64,000 nt of DNA from Octopus sinensis (Eukaryota), in the NCBI RefSeq assembly GCF_006345805.1, contig NC_043016.1, positions 26,412,001 to 26,476,000 of the forward strand, in the 5' to 3' direction. The notes under the pieces were generated by a model that saw only the letters and a list, made by a program, of their open reading frames with translations, did no database searches and was not told the DNA's origin. The position numbers and the translations under genes were made by a program. Below are positions 11,506-23,985 of this stretch, piece by piece (position 1 is the first letter of the stretch; each line of letters starts with the position of its first letter).

Positions 11506-11948
11506 GAGAAAGGGAGAAGGGGGACAGAGATAATAGGTAAATATATGTATACAAACACACACATTTATATGATTAATTCAGTTTGAGATTAATTAAGAAG
11601 AACAATGTATATATGTACATCATACACACATCATACCATGTAACCCCTTCGTAATAGGTTGTTTCCCTTTCCTTTTTCCTTTTTTTTTGTTTTTTTTTCC
11701 CCATTGATCGTATATTATAACGCTTTATGACAAAGGGAAAAATTTACTTCCACAAATACTTTATGCTGTGAGAAAAACAACACAGTGTAATAAATTTGAC
11801 CCAAATGATATTTTTAAAGTCTATTGAATACTTGTATACGATATGGACGTATCTAGAACAAAGATTGTCGATAAAGATGAAAGATTAGCAAAAAAAGCAG
11901 ATGTTTCTCTGTTTTTTTCTGTTTGTTTGTTTTTTTTTGTTTTGTTTT

Positions 11949-12255
11949 GTGTGTGTGTGTGTGTGTGTGTGTGCGTGCGTGTGTGTGATGTGTGTGTGTG
12001 TGATGTGTGTGTGTGATGTATGTGTGTGTGATGTGTGTGTGTGTGTGTGATGTGTGTGTGTGTGTGATGTGTGTGTGTGTGTGTGTGATGTGTGTGTGTG
12101 TGATGTGTGTGTGTGCGTGTGTGTGTGTATGTGTGTGTGTGTGGTGATGTGTGTGTGTGCGTGCGTGTGTGTGTGTGTGTGTGATGTGTGTGGTGTGTGA
12201 TGTGTGTGTGTGTGCGTGTGTGTGTGTGCGTGTGTGTGTGTGTGTGTGTGATGTG

Positions 12256-12289
<34 letters not shown>
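11949..12289. repeat. (GT)n array periodically interrupted by GAT
   Basis: Direct reading. Confidence 0.95.
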
Positions 12290-12849
12290 CTTGTTGGTTT
12301 ATTGATCCACCATGGCGAATCGCAGAGTATGGTGGTTGAGTGGGAAAATTAGCAGAGCGCCAGACTTACTGGCCTGTTACATTTCTTTACCGTACTGCAT
12401 TGAAATCCCACCGCAATAGATAAAATGAGCAACAGTCACGTAATGCTCTTTCCTATTATGAATCGACTATTCACTTCCGACCAAATATGTGACCTTGACC
12501 TCACCTTATAAACCATCGCCGACATCATCATCATCATCATCATCATCCGAGTAAGCAGAATCGTTAGCACGTCAGAAAAAAAAAATGACATGCGACATTT
12601 TCTTCCAACTCTTTATGTTCTATGTTCAAATTTCACCGAGGTCATCTTTGGTTTTCATCCTTTCAGGATCGATAAAATAATGTTCCAGGTAAAATAAAGT
12701 ACCGGGCAAAATAAAGTACCGGCATTCTCCCCCCACCCCCACTTTTTTCCGATCGTTCCCCATACTTTATGTCCGTCTTTGTATTTCCCCCCTTATCTGT
12801 CACCCTGGTGGCAAGTAAAATAAATAATCATCATCATCAACATCATCAT

Positions 12850-14245
12850 TTTGGTTTGTCTCAGGCTTCAGTCTTATTCTTGATAGGGATTCTGTTGATA
12901 GCGGGTTACTACCCGTGACCTTAGGTATCCGCAAGCTTCCAGCAGTCTTTCAAGTGCTAAAGACCCTCGTGATAATCCTTACTGTCCATAAGAGATAAAC
13001 TTTCTGTAGAAGCTCTACAAGGCATTCTATTTCAATCCCCAGTCATTTGTCTATATCTTGGCTTACTGTTCCCAACGTACCAAATATTATTTCAAATTTT
13101 AGGATTTTGTATTTGTTTTGTTTTTCTTCCTCTTTCTTTACGATCCTGGAATCAAATGGGCATGATGGGTCGATAAGTAAGCAAATTCGCTGTTCTTTAT
13201 CTATGATTGTAATATCTGGTTTATTGCTTTCTAATTTCTTGTCCGTTTCAACAGGAAAGTCCCACAAAATCTTATATTTCTCTGACTGTAATACTCTTTC
13301 AACTCGATGGTGTTTCCAGCTTTAAATCCTCATTTATGGCACTGTTTCCAGGGTAAAACTTTTACAACCTGGTCGTGCTTCCATTTCTTATATTCTTCCT
13401 GTGTCAACTTGGGGCATTCTGCCACAATGTGTGCCACTGTCTCGTTCCCAGTTCCACAGGCTCTACATTTTTCTGACACATTCTCTCCATATATATATAT
13501 TTTTCTCAAGTTGTTTGCTTTTATTGCTTGATCTTGGGCTGCTACATACAATTAGGCTCTCTGTTTCTGTTTTTTAATTGCCCCTTTTTTTCAATCAAGA
13601 CCAGGATTTTGTCCCGCATACACCTTCAGTGGCTCTCCATATTTGCCCATGCAAAGGTTTCTCTTCGATCTCTCTGACGTGCTCTCTTTGTATTTCATTC
13701 CCGTCCTTTTCTCCTATTACGCGCTTCATCACCCGTTCTTTATTAACTACCTTTAGTAATTTTTCAGTGCTGCTCTGTAAATACTCTACAAGTTTCTTTA
13801 TTTCGTTTCTGGTCCAGTCTATTATTCCAACTCCATATCTGATTAAGGGTACTGCTCTTAAATTTATTGCTTCAATGAGATTTTTGGAATTTAGCTTTGA
13901 CACAGTTATTTTCTGACTCTCCTTGTATACTCCCTACCAGTAATTTATTTCATTTTTTCTCTCATCTGCTTCCAGTATTCCCAAGTACTCATACCACTAT
14001 TTTTTCTCAAACCGCTCTCATTGCTTGCCCATTTGGCATTACAAATCCCCGGTTTCTTTCAAATCTTGCTCGTTTCATTTTCAATATAGCTCAATTCTCT
14101 ACCCCAAATTCCATACCTACATCATTTGAGAAAATGCGGATAGCATGTACAAGACTTTCAGGTTGTTTCATTTTGCGCATAAATCTTTATATCCTCCATA
14201 AAAAGATGATTTATCTCACCATTTCCTTTTCCCAAATCGTTAGCA
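12850..14245 (-). mobile_element. Dong/R4-type non-LTR retrotransposon, 5'-truncated (copy A)
   Basis: SKLNSKNLIEAIN, AAQDQA, CRACGTGNETVAHIVAEC (CCHC), KHDQV, WDFPVETDKKLESNKPDI..LIDPSCP (RLE). Frameshifts; 5' end abuts (AAT)n. Confidence 0.9.
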
Positions 14246-14406
<161 letters not shown>

Positions 14407-17047
14407 ATACACACAACAGATGTTGGAAAAGAAAAAATTCTAACATCGGGTTATAACAAGTAACTTTAGATACCAAGAACTCTCCTAAGTATCCTAGCTG
14501 TCCCTAATAACCCTGTTTTCTGGCGTTGTACTAAACTGGGTTTTATGCCTATTTCCTCTATCCATCTGTTCAGATATTTACCGATAGTTCTTAATGCTCC
14601 TATAACTACTGGAATAGATTTTACCCGCACTTTCCATAGTCTCTGTAATTCCATGGCTAGCTCTGGTACTTTACTATTTTTCTATACCCCTCATATTGAT
14701 TTTTTTCATCATTTGGGACCGTAAAATCAGTTTGGTACTTTTCACTCTCTTTATCTACTACTACTAAATCAGGCCCTCTAGCTTCTATTACTCTGTCAGT
14801 CTGAATGTTAAAGTCCCACAACATCTTGTATTTCTTACTTTCTAGTACTTTACTACGTTCATGGTCATACTACTTATTATGGTCATACCATTTACTATGT
14901 TCAAATCCTAGCTTTCTACATAACTCCCAGTCGACTACTCTCCCTAGTTTGTCATGTTTTTTCTTGTATTCTTTCTGTGCCAGCATGCTACATTCATTTG
15001 CTGTAGGAGTAACACTTTCCTCTTTTGATTTGCATAACTTACATTGGGAATCTACTTGGTTTTTGTCTATCTTGGCTTTTATCCAATTAGTCCTTAATGC
15101 TTTATCGTATGCAGCTACTAACAAATTTTCTGTCTCCCTTTTCAGCTTTCCTTTCTGCAACCATAGTCATGCCACACTACTACTATTTGCTGCGACTATC
15201 TTTGGGAATCTGCCATGTAACGCCTTCTCCTGCCAATTAGATAATTTATGTTCTTTTTTCTGGTTTTTAACTTCGTTTGGGTTTTTAGTTTTCCTATGTT
15301 TTGCTATGACTCTAGCGGTTTTCAGTAAACTTCTTCACTATTACCTACATAGGAGTCTATATCTACACTAGCTAACTCCACGCAGTCTTCTACTGATATT
15401 AACCCTCTTCCACCTTCCTTTCTAGGTAGGTATAATCGTGTTACTCCTACTCTTGGGTGGAGTCCTCCATTCATATTGAATTCCTTCCTAGTTCTTTTGT
15501 CTAGCTCTGCTAATTCAGATTTTGTCCAATCTATAAAAACTGTTGAGAAAGTAATGACACTGCCCAAGTATTTACAGCTTTCACTAGATTCTGACCATTT
15601 AGCTTTGACTTCATTAGCTTTCTCACCCTTCTGATGTACTCCTTCACAATTTTCGTTTTCATTTCTATAGTTAGTACTTTGTCAAATTCTAATACTTCTA
15701 GATACTTATAACTCTCTCCTACTTTCAGTGATTTCAATGTCTGGTCATCTGGTAATAGGATAACTTCACTGTTGACAACCTATCCCCTGCTCACGACAAA
15801 TATTGTACACTTATCTATGTCAAATTCCATGCCTATATATGTGCTGAAGACTCTTACAGTCTGTATTAAGGAATCTATTTCTTTTTCATTCTTACTAAAA
15901 TGCTTCAGATCATCCATGTAGAGCAAATGGTTATTTTTTCCATTACAATTTCTGAACTGATACCCTGTCTTTGCCTTCCTTATTACTAACCTGAGGGAGA
16001 TCAACATACGACAAATATTAAAGGGGACGAGTCTCCTTGGAAAATTCCCCTTTTGATATTAACTTTCCCTAAGAGTGTGTCACCTGAGTAGAGATCTACT
16101 TTCCATTTCTTCATGCTAAAGCTAATTAATTCTCTTATGTTGTCTGCTATTCTGAATATACTCAAACATTCACTTATCCATGAGTGTGGGAACATGTCAT
16201 AGGCTTTCATATAATCTATCCATGCTATTGTTAGATTTTTGTTTGTAACTTTTAATTCATTTAAAACTGTCTTGTCTATATATAATAGATCATGCGTTCC
16301 TCTAGCCTTCTTCCAGTAACTTTTCTGTTCTTCTGGTAGTAAATTCTGGTTGTCAAGGTGCTCGTAAAAGCTTTCTGAAAGCATTCCTGTTAACAGCTTC
16401 CACACCAATGTTAAGCAAGTGATTGGTCTATAGTTACTTGCTGTATTACCCTTGCTCTTATCTTTCATGAGTATTGTACTCGCTCTAGTCATCCAATCTG
16501 GTATTATTCTTCCATTAAGGCAATCCTGAAGTTGCTCCCTCAGTCTCCCATGTAGATTACTAAATTTCTTTAGTCAGTAGCCTTGAACTAAATGGGGTTC
16601 TGGCCCTTCCAATTCGGCATTTTTCCTAACACTCATTAATGCAGTAGTTAGTCTTAGATTTGGCTGCTTCTCCCTCACTATTTCTTTCCTTACTTTCTTT
16701 AACCATGCAACATCTCTATTATGACTGACTGGCTTATCCCAAATATTACTTCAGAACTTTCTAGCTTCTTCTGCATTAGGTTTTTCATATTCAGTACTTC
16801 GTTTTCCACTATTTATTTAGTTAGAAAATCTCCTCTGGTGTGTCTCAAATAGTCTATTCTGTTGATACTGATATATTCTTTTCTGATATCTACAGAGTTT
16901 GCCTGCTACTGCTTCGATATGCTAGTTCCAATCTTCTGTTACTATTCCAAATTCCTTCTCTTTGACTAAGTATATTTTCTCAAGGGAAGATTTAAATCTT
17001 GTGTTTCCTAACTTGTTCGGTTTCCAGGCTCCTATTCTACTCAGATC
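14407..17047 (-). mobile_element. Dong/R4-type retrotransposon (copy B), RT + CCHC + RLE, decayed
   Basis: NYRPITCL, AWIDYMKAYD, GIFQGDSSPL, HLLYMDDLK, HPRVGVTRLYLPRKEGGRGL, CKLCKS, GTARILRRVL; many stops and frameshifts. Confidence 0.92.
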
Positions 17048-17941
17048 TTGTTTTTTCATTATGTGTTTTTTGGTGATTTCTGGTGGGAAGGCTTTGATCT
17101 TGTGCTGCAATTAAAAGTCTTTCAGTCTCTGCTTTGATTCCTGAGCATCTCAGCCATTGTTGGGATTTTGCTTTGGCTATTTCTTTTCTGATCAGCTTAA
17201 CCCAATGTTTGCCATGTATGGGCTTTTCTTGTCATCGTTTTAACATGATACGTTGCTGTTCCAGTTTTAGTTTGGATTTTAGTTTTGTTTTACACAGCTT
17301 TTGTTGATTCTTCTTTTTCTTCATAGATGTTAGGTATTATGACTTCTTTTTTGTACTTGTCAGCTTCCTTTTGGGTGGGTGCATCCTAAAACCTGTCATT
17401 ATTTTTCTTGCTTTCTTGTGTTTTGATTAGTTAATTTTGAGTCCAGTTAAGAATATTGTAGTCGTAACTTATAACTTGGACGGCTAGTGTTGCTACCTAT
17501 TATGTTGTTTTTAGCATTGAGCTCTGTTTTCAGTGTTAATTTAACTCGTCTATAGTATTCCTTTCTTATCTTCTCTTTCATTTATGTGTTGCATCGTATC
17601 TAGTCCAATGATTCCTAAGTATTTTTGTCTGGCTTTGATCTAAATCTCTTATTTGCTTTATCAAGTGTGATGTTGCTACTCTTAACTAGTTTTCCTCTTT
17701 TCAAAGTTGCTTTGGCACATTTTTCTAAGCCAAATTTCATATTTATTTCTTTGGTAAATCTATGTACTGTCTGTAGTAATGTTTCCAGCAATTTATCATT
17801 TGTAGCGTACAGTTTTAGATCATCCATATGGTTGATTGTTTTGCCGTAACATTTGTATCCACATCCAATTCTTTTTAGCATGTCAGATAAAGATGTCAGT
17901 GCCAAGCTGAAAAAGAGTGTCACTCTGGAGGTGAAACCCAT
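17048..17941 (-). mobile_element. Dong/R4-type fragment (copy D) fused to the 5' end of copy B
   Basis: HMDDLKLYA...KFGLEKCAKAT, then KPIHG, WLRCSGIKAETE, AAQDQSL; stops before the CCHC at the DLSRIG junction. Confidence 0.85.
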
Positions 17942-18000
17942 GTCTCCAGAGGTGAATTATTTAAACCTTAAAGAATTTCTCTCAACACATGGCTATGATA
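17935..18000 (-). mobile_element. Fragment of the ~550-bp element joined to copy D
   Basis: acccatgtctccagaggtgaattatt...ctctcaacacatggctatgat matches 34065-34135. Confidence 0.7.
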
Positions 18001-18618
18001 CTTACTAATGGAAGAATTAGAGCTAGCTACCCTGTAAGACGATAAGTGGTCTGAGAGAAAACTAGAGAACAGTATTCAGTAAACTGAATGTTTTGTCCAA
18101 CGGGAAGATCCTTGATATGAAATATTTTCCTAAAGGATATAAGGCATGGTAATATTTTGTACACCGAAGTAGGACCTTTTTCTTTCACAAATAATTACCC
18201 GTGAAGTATGAAAAAAAATTAGGTTTCGCAGTCTAAAAATTAAACAGAAACGAATTTCTGATCTCATACAAACTCGAAATGGCGATAGTCATGACATATT
18301 TTAAATAAACTATCTTTCATTTGAAAGGAGAAAACACGCCAATATATGTGTCGTTTTTAAAACAGATTATGGGGCAAAAACTAAAGCTCAGACAGTACGC
18401 GAAACATTTGTTCATAAGCTGGTCCCACAATATATGGGAAGGTGGAATACAAAGGTTTCTGTTAGAGACATTGATGATAATGTCGAACTCAGTTTAGTAG
18501 TCACCTTTAAAGTAAAAACTGTACACTTATCTAATCCAAAATGTTCTTGGTTAATATTCTTACTTTTTGATCAAGAAAATTCGAGGCCTTTTCATCTTTG
18601 GTGTATAGTTTGAAGTCG

Positions 18619-18714
<96 letters not shown>

Positions 18715-18724
18715 GTCCGCCTGT

Positions 18725-19933
18725 CTGCCTGTATGTTTGTCCGTCTGTCTGTCATCTGTCTATCTGTCTTCTGTCTGTCTGCCTGCCTTCCTGCTTACCT
18801 GCTTGTCTGCTTGTCAGTCTTCCTACCTACCTATCTACCCATCTACCTATCTACCTATCTAACTATCTACCTATCTAATAACTTATCTACCCACCCATCC
18901 ACCCGTCCGTCCGTCCGTCCATCAATCCGTCTAACCATCCAACCATCTAGCTACCTATAGCAGATCCTTTATTTTCTCCCTAGTTTTAGCCAGCTCATAG
19001 AAAGGACTGAATTTTTTTCTGTGTTCTTGTCAAAGGGTCAACGACACCATGAAAGCTAATATAATAGAGGGTGAGCGAGTCTCCTCGAAATGTACCCACC
19101 ACCGTATTTTCACATTTCCTAATGATTCATTTCCGCACTTTAGACAACTTCCTACAATCTCATCATTCTTTCTATAAGGTCATTAATATTCTCATTGACC
19201 CCGAAGAATTCTTAAACACTCCAAGAGCCAACAGTGTGGGACATTAAAACAATTTTTTGCAACCAACAGTTAACTTCTTTCTATTCGTACATTGTTTAAT
19301 AAGCGATCAATATACAAGGGAACAGCAGTTCCCCTTATTTCTGCATACCATTTCGTGGTCTGCTTGTAGATTATCCCTCTTGAGAAAGCTATGCAATTCA
19401 TCTAGTATAAGAATAATGGTAAGCATGTGGTAAGCATGTTGATTTACCCTCTTTTCATTCTCCCTCGGTAATGACATACTTTCTCTCTCTCTCTCTCTCG
19501 TGTCGTGCACACTTGTATTACATTTTCTATAATGTCAGTAAGAAACAGTTGTATTTAGTTAGTGTTTTACTGTTTTATTTCTTTCAGTTATTTGACTGCG
19601 GCCATGCTGGAGCACTGCCTTTAGTCGAGCAAATCGACCCCGGGATTTATTCTTTGTAAGCCTAGTACTTATTCTATCGGTCTCTTTTGCCGAACCGCTT
19701 TAGGTAGCTAGATGGTTGGATGGTTAGACGGATTGATGGACGGACGGACGGACGGGTGGATGGGTGGGTAGATAAGTTATTAGATAGGTAGATAGTTAGA
19801 TAGGTAGATAGGTAGATGGGTAGATAGGTAGGTAGGAAGACTGACAAGCAGACAAGCAGGTAAGCAGGAAGGCAGGCAGACAGACAGAAGACAGATAGAC
19901 AGATGACAGACAGACGGACAAACATACAGGCAG
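18725..19933. repeat. Perfect 233-bp inverted duplication (18725-18957 / 19701-19933)
   Basis: The ORF track gives the identical peptide ACMFVRLSVICLSVFCL...TIQPSSYL on opposite strands. Confidence 0.95.
19565..19698 (-). mobile_element. Composite-SINE tail half, truncated at the inversion breakpoint
   Basis: ttgactgcggccatgctggagcac...ttttgccgaaccgct| then the duplicated segment. Confidence 0.85.
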
Positions 19934-20384
19934 TGATAAATGCGGCAAAGAAATAAATGAAATACTTACTTATACCCATGGAAGAAGCAAACACTTCGAG
20001 TAACGTGCTTATTGTGATAAATTATATGGTTATGGACAATGTGTCTAGTTTCGGCATATTTGGCATTGGAAATTTTTTTCTTTTGACCTTATTTATAAGT
20101 TGTTTATAAATTTAACCTTTAAAGGTATTTTTTAATATGCTGGCCATTGATATAACTTTTTTCGAAAAATTTTATCCTATATTAGATGTAAATTTAATAG
20201 TGTTCACTTCCGGACTCTCACACTCTGTGAAAGTTTCAGTTCGAATCGCACGTGTCTCGAATGGGCTGGAGAAATTCTATTGTGGATATATTTGGGGTAT
20301 TTAACTGTGCTCATGACTTAGTGTTTGCTTCTTCCATGGGTATAAGTAAGTATTTCATTTATTTCTTTGCCGCATTTATCACTG
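19931..20384. repeat. 65-bp perfect inverted repeat (19931-19995 / 20320-20384); MITE or templated insertion
   Basis: CAGTGATAAATGCGGCAAAG...GAAGCAAACACT exact on both arms; no TSD visible. Confidence 0.85.
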
Positions 20385-20833
20385 ACGAAGGGAAGGTTCT
20401 TATGAACTAACTCTATTGTTACATCCACACCCTTTTTTCCCTCCCTATGCAATGTAAAATTCACTGAAGGGCAAAAGGTAGTCCTGTAAAAGTATGAGGT
20501 GGTCACGACTGGAACATACTTGATCATACATCTGGTCGATGTAACGCCACCGACAACATTGTCACACACACACAAAAACAAACCACTGTTCCTTCCTTAA
20601 ATCTCCATAATTCCATCTCCAGTCTCACCTTTTTCTACAAGGATTTATTTCTTCGATGAGTTATATTTTTCTTTTAATTAAATATTTATTTATTTGTTTA
20701 TTTGTATCTGCTGATGATGTTAGACTTTTCGTATCTTTCGCATTTCGTTGCTATGGTACTTAGAGATGTCTTTCTAGATATCGGTCAAAGTATAATGTAA
20801 TGTAAAAGATATGTGTGTATGCGTGTATGTGTG

Positions 20834-20876
<43 letters not shown>

Positions 20877-21041
20877 ATGTATGTATGTTTATAAAACATT
20901 ACATGCAAATATATACGTGTATATATACATATATAATACACAAACATGTATTTGTATATATATATATATATACATATATGTATTCATGCATGTGCATATA
21001 TACATATATAATGCAGAGATATGTATATCAATTTAGACACA

Positions 21042-21094
<53 letters not shown>

Positions 21095-21245
21095 ATATAT
21101 ATATATATGTGAGTGAGTGTGTGTGTGTGTGTGTGTATTTATATGTATTATATATCTTATTTTATCCTCACTAATCATCCTTTCTCGATCCTATCCAGCA
21201 TATCTTAAACCCTATCTCCATTACTGATTATCTCACCATAACCAC

Positions 21246-21297
<52 letters not shown>

Positions 21298-21649
21298 CTC
21301 TCTCTCTCGTTCTCTCTCTCTCTCGTTTTCTCTCTCACATTCTCTTTCACTTCTTCGCATATTACTTATAAATGTCATATTGCATATAAATGTCATTCGG
21401 ATTTCGCTATTCGATATAAAAAGAAAACTGCATCGATATTCTCGGGGTTAATGCAGAGAGTTACACTTCCAAAGTTGCAGATAAACATCTAATGCGAGGC
21501 AGGAACTTCGACTAACCTCTCTGGATTAACGTTTTCAGTCTAGGTATGACTTTTCACTGGTAGAGGCATGGTTCGAGTCCCGGCATCAGTCATCAAATTT
21601 ATGATTGTATTTACACACAACTCTCACACACATACACACATATTGTAAA

Positions 21650-21842
21650 TATTATTTTGGCTTCAAATTTTGGCACAAGACCTGTAGTTTTGGAGGAGGG
21701 TGTAAGTCGATTACATCAGCCCCAGTGTTCAACGAGTATTTATTTTATTGACCCGGAAAAGATAAAAGGCAAAGTCGACCAGAGGAATTTGCACCCAGAA
21801 CATGAAGACGGACGTTCTTGCGATTCTGTCAGCTCGCCGTCC
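21650..21842 (-). mobile_element. SINE family 'Y' copy
   Basis: aaattttggcacaagacc...tattttattgacccggaaaagataaaaggcaaagtcgacc...gattctgtcagctcgccg. Confidence 0.75.
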
Positions 21843-21870
21843 TTAAATTATAAATGTACACATATTTTAC

Positions 21871-21901
<31 letters not shown>

Positions 21902-22006
21902 CGTGATTCAAATGTCCAAAGAGCAAAAGACAGATGACAGGTGAGGGAACAACAAGCAAGTTGTATTAATATGATGCTTTGAGAAAATGGAAGAGTCTTT
22001 GACGTG

Positions 22007-22038
<32 letters not shown>

Positions 22039-22137
22039 CGGAGTAAACACATAAATGTGAAACAAGGTGGAAATAAGAGTACTCAAATACCAGTGGTAGA
22101 GTAATAAGCTTTATTTAAAAGCGGCAGAAAATTCAAC

Positions 22138-22183
22138 AAAACTGTTACTCTGAGTTTCACGTTCCCGCTCGTCGGACAGTTTT
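22138..22183 (-). ncRNA. Type I hammerhead ribozyme motif, CCGACGA core, GUA cleavage triplet, in Penelope-like repeat 22037-22206
   Basis: AAAACUGU CCGACGA GCG-GGAA-CGU GAA ACUC-A-GAGU A ACAGUUUU: perfect 8-bp stem I, 3-bp stem II, self-complementary stem III. Confidence 0.8.
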
Positions 22184-22253
22184 TGCTAGCAAAACTGTCC
22201 GACGAATGTTTGTATGTATGTATATATGTATAGATATACATATATGTATATTT

Positions 22254-22606
22254 GTGAAGGCGCGTGGCTCAGTGGTTAGAGCGTCGAGCTTACGATCGTG
22301 AGGTTGTGAGCTCGAATCCCGGACCGGGCTGCGTGTTGTGTTCTTGAGCAAGACACTTTATTTCACGTTGCTCCAGTTCACTCAGCTGTAGAAATGAGTT
22401 GCGACGTCACAGGTGCCAAGCTGTATCGGCCCTTGCCTTTCCCTTGGACAACATCGGTGACGTGGATAGGGGAGGCCGGTATGCATGGGCGACTGCTGGC
22501 CTTCCATAAAAAAAAGATAACCTTGCCCAGACTTGTTCCTCAGAAGGTAACTCTCTAGGTGCAAACCCATGGTCAGTGTCTGACCGAAGGGGGTCACCAC
22601 CATATT

Positions 22607-22608
<2 letters not shown>
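22254..22608 (+). mobile_element. tRNA-derived SINE, near full length
   Basis: A box TGGCTCAGTGG, B box GCTCGAATCC, central ttgagcaagacactttatttcacgttgctccagttcactcagctg. Confidence 0.88.
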
Positions 22609-22651
<43 letters not shown>

Positions 22652-23178
22652 ACACACGTGAAGAAGTGGCGCTATATGAAAACACACTTGCATGAAGTTA
22701 CATGATTTTGCATAATGTTATATGTCAAGTCTCATAATGTACCTGTGTTCTAAATAAATCGCCACAGAAACATGTATAGTAGTAGCCAAAATGTATATTC
22801 GTTTTGTTTTTGTTTGCTATATAAATTACACCGTATGAAAATGCATTTTTTTTCTCTGATAAATACTTGAATTTTCAGAACACTCGGCACCAGTGAACTA
22901 TTCTTTCAATTATGCACCGATCATAATGTTTAAATGATCTGAAAAGATGATGACCAGATGAAGTAAAGTCAGGAGACTAAAGAGGATGCGGTAAAGCTTC
23001 GATGTTTAGTACCATAATCTTTCCCTGACTAACTTGGGCAATATGTGGTTTTGCATTATCCTTTAAAAACAAAAACCCTTTACGACTGACTAACTATGAA
23101 CACTTTTTCTGCCAATTTTTGTGCAACGCTTCCAACTGAGAACAATACTTTTCCGGATTAACTGCTTATGTATGCATA

Positions 23179-23688
23179 TCTATATATATAAAACTGTAGT
23201 TGTGTGAGTGTCTGTCCCCTTCGATTTAGATTCCTAACTACTCCCACATTTTGCGGTGCAGTTTAACCAAATTCGGGTATCTTATAGTCGTAATTCATAT
23301 CGAGCCCGTCTGGCTATTAGCGCGTGTCAACGATGAGTCTACGATTTTAAAAATAATTTAACATAATTTTTTATTCCATTTTAATGCACAATTTTTCGTG
23401 TGTCGATGGCGGCGGAGTTGGCGTTCACGCTCACAGCTGCACCTGTTTGCTTCTCCCCCTTCCCTCCCTCGTGAAGCTGTGGGGAAGGGAGTGTAAAGAA
23501 ATCAACGTCGTAATGCGTTGTCAAGGAGACCAGCGTTCTTTTAGAACAACGACTTCATGGCTTGAAGACACCAAAACAGAGAAATGGCTAAGAAAGCCCG
23601 AATTGGCATCTATAGGGAAGTAACTCTCTAAAAATGCTTATATAGTTATTTCCCTTACAACCCGAGCAACGCCGGGCGATACTGCTAG
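23179..23688 (+). mobile_element. Non-autonomous Helitron
   Basis: A|TCTATATATATAAAA ... cccgagcaacgccggg cgatactgCTAG. Confidence 0.9.
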
Positions 23689-23985
23689 TCTTTATATATA
23701 AAAGTGAAGTTGTGTCTGTCTCCTACGATTTAGATTCCTAACTACTCCCACATTTTGCTGTGCAGTTTAACCAAAACCGGGTATCTTATAGTCGTGATTC
23801 ATATCGAGCCCTTCTGGGTATTAGTGCGCGTCTACGATGAGTCTACGATTTAAAAAAAATTTACCATCATTTTTTCCCATTTTTAATGCATTTTTTTTGC
23901 TATTATATAAGGGAAGTACCTCTCTAAAATGCTTATATAGTTATTTCCCTTACAAACCCCGGGCAACGCCGGGCGATACTGCTAG
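23689..23985 (+). mobile_element. Non-autonomous Helitron, head-to-tail with previous copy, internally deleted
   Basis: TCTTTATATATAAAAG ... cccgggcaacgccgggcgatactgCTAG|T; shares the body (gatttagattcctaactactcccacatttt...) with 23179-23688. Confidence 0.9.

Noticed and set aside
22254-22330. tRNA gene (also 25830-25904 and 45430-45501)
   Set aside because: A and B boxes are present, but I could not fold an acceptor stem or clean anticodon arm, and each runs into a SINE body.
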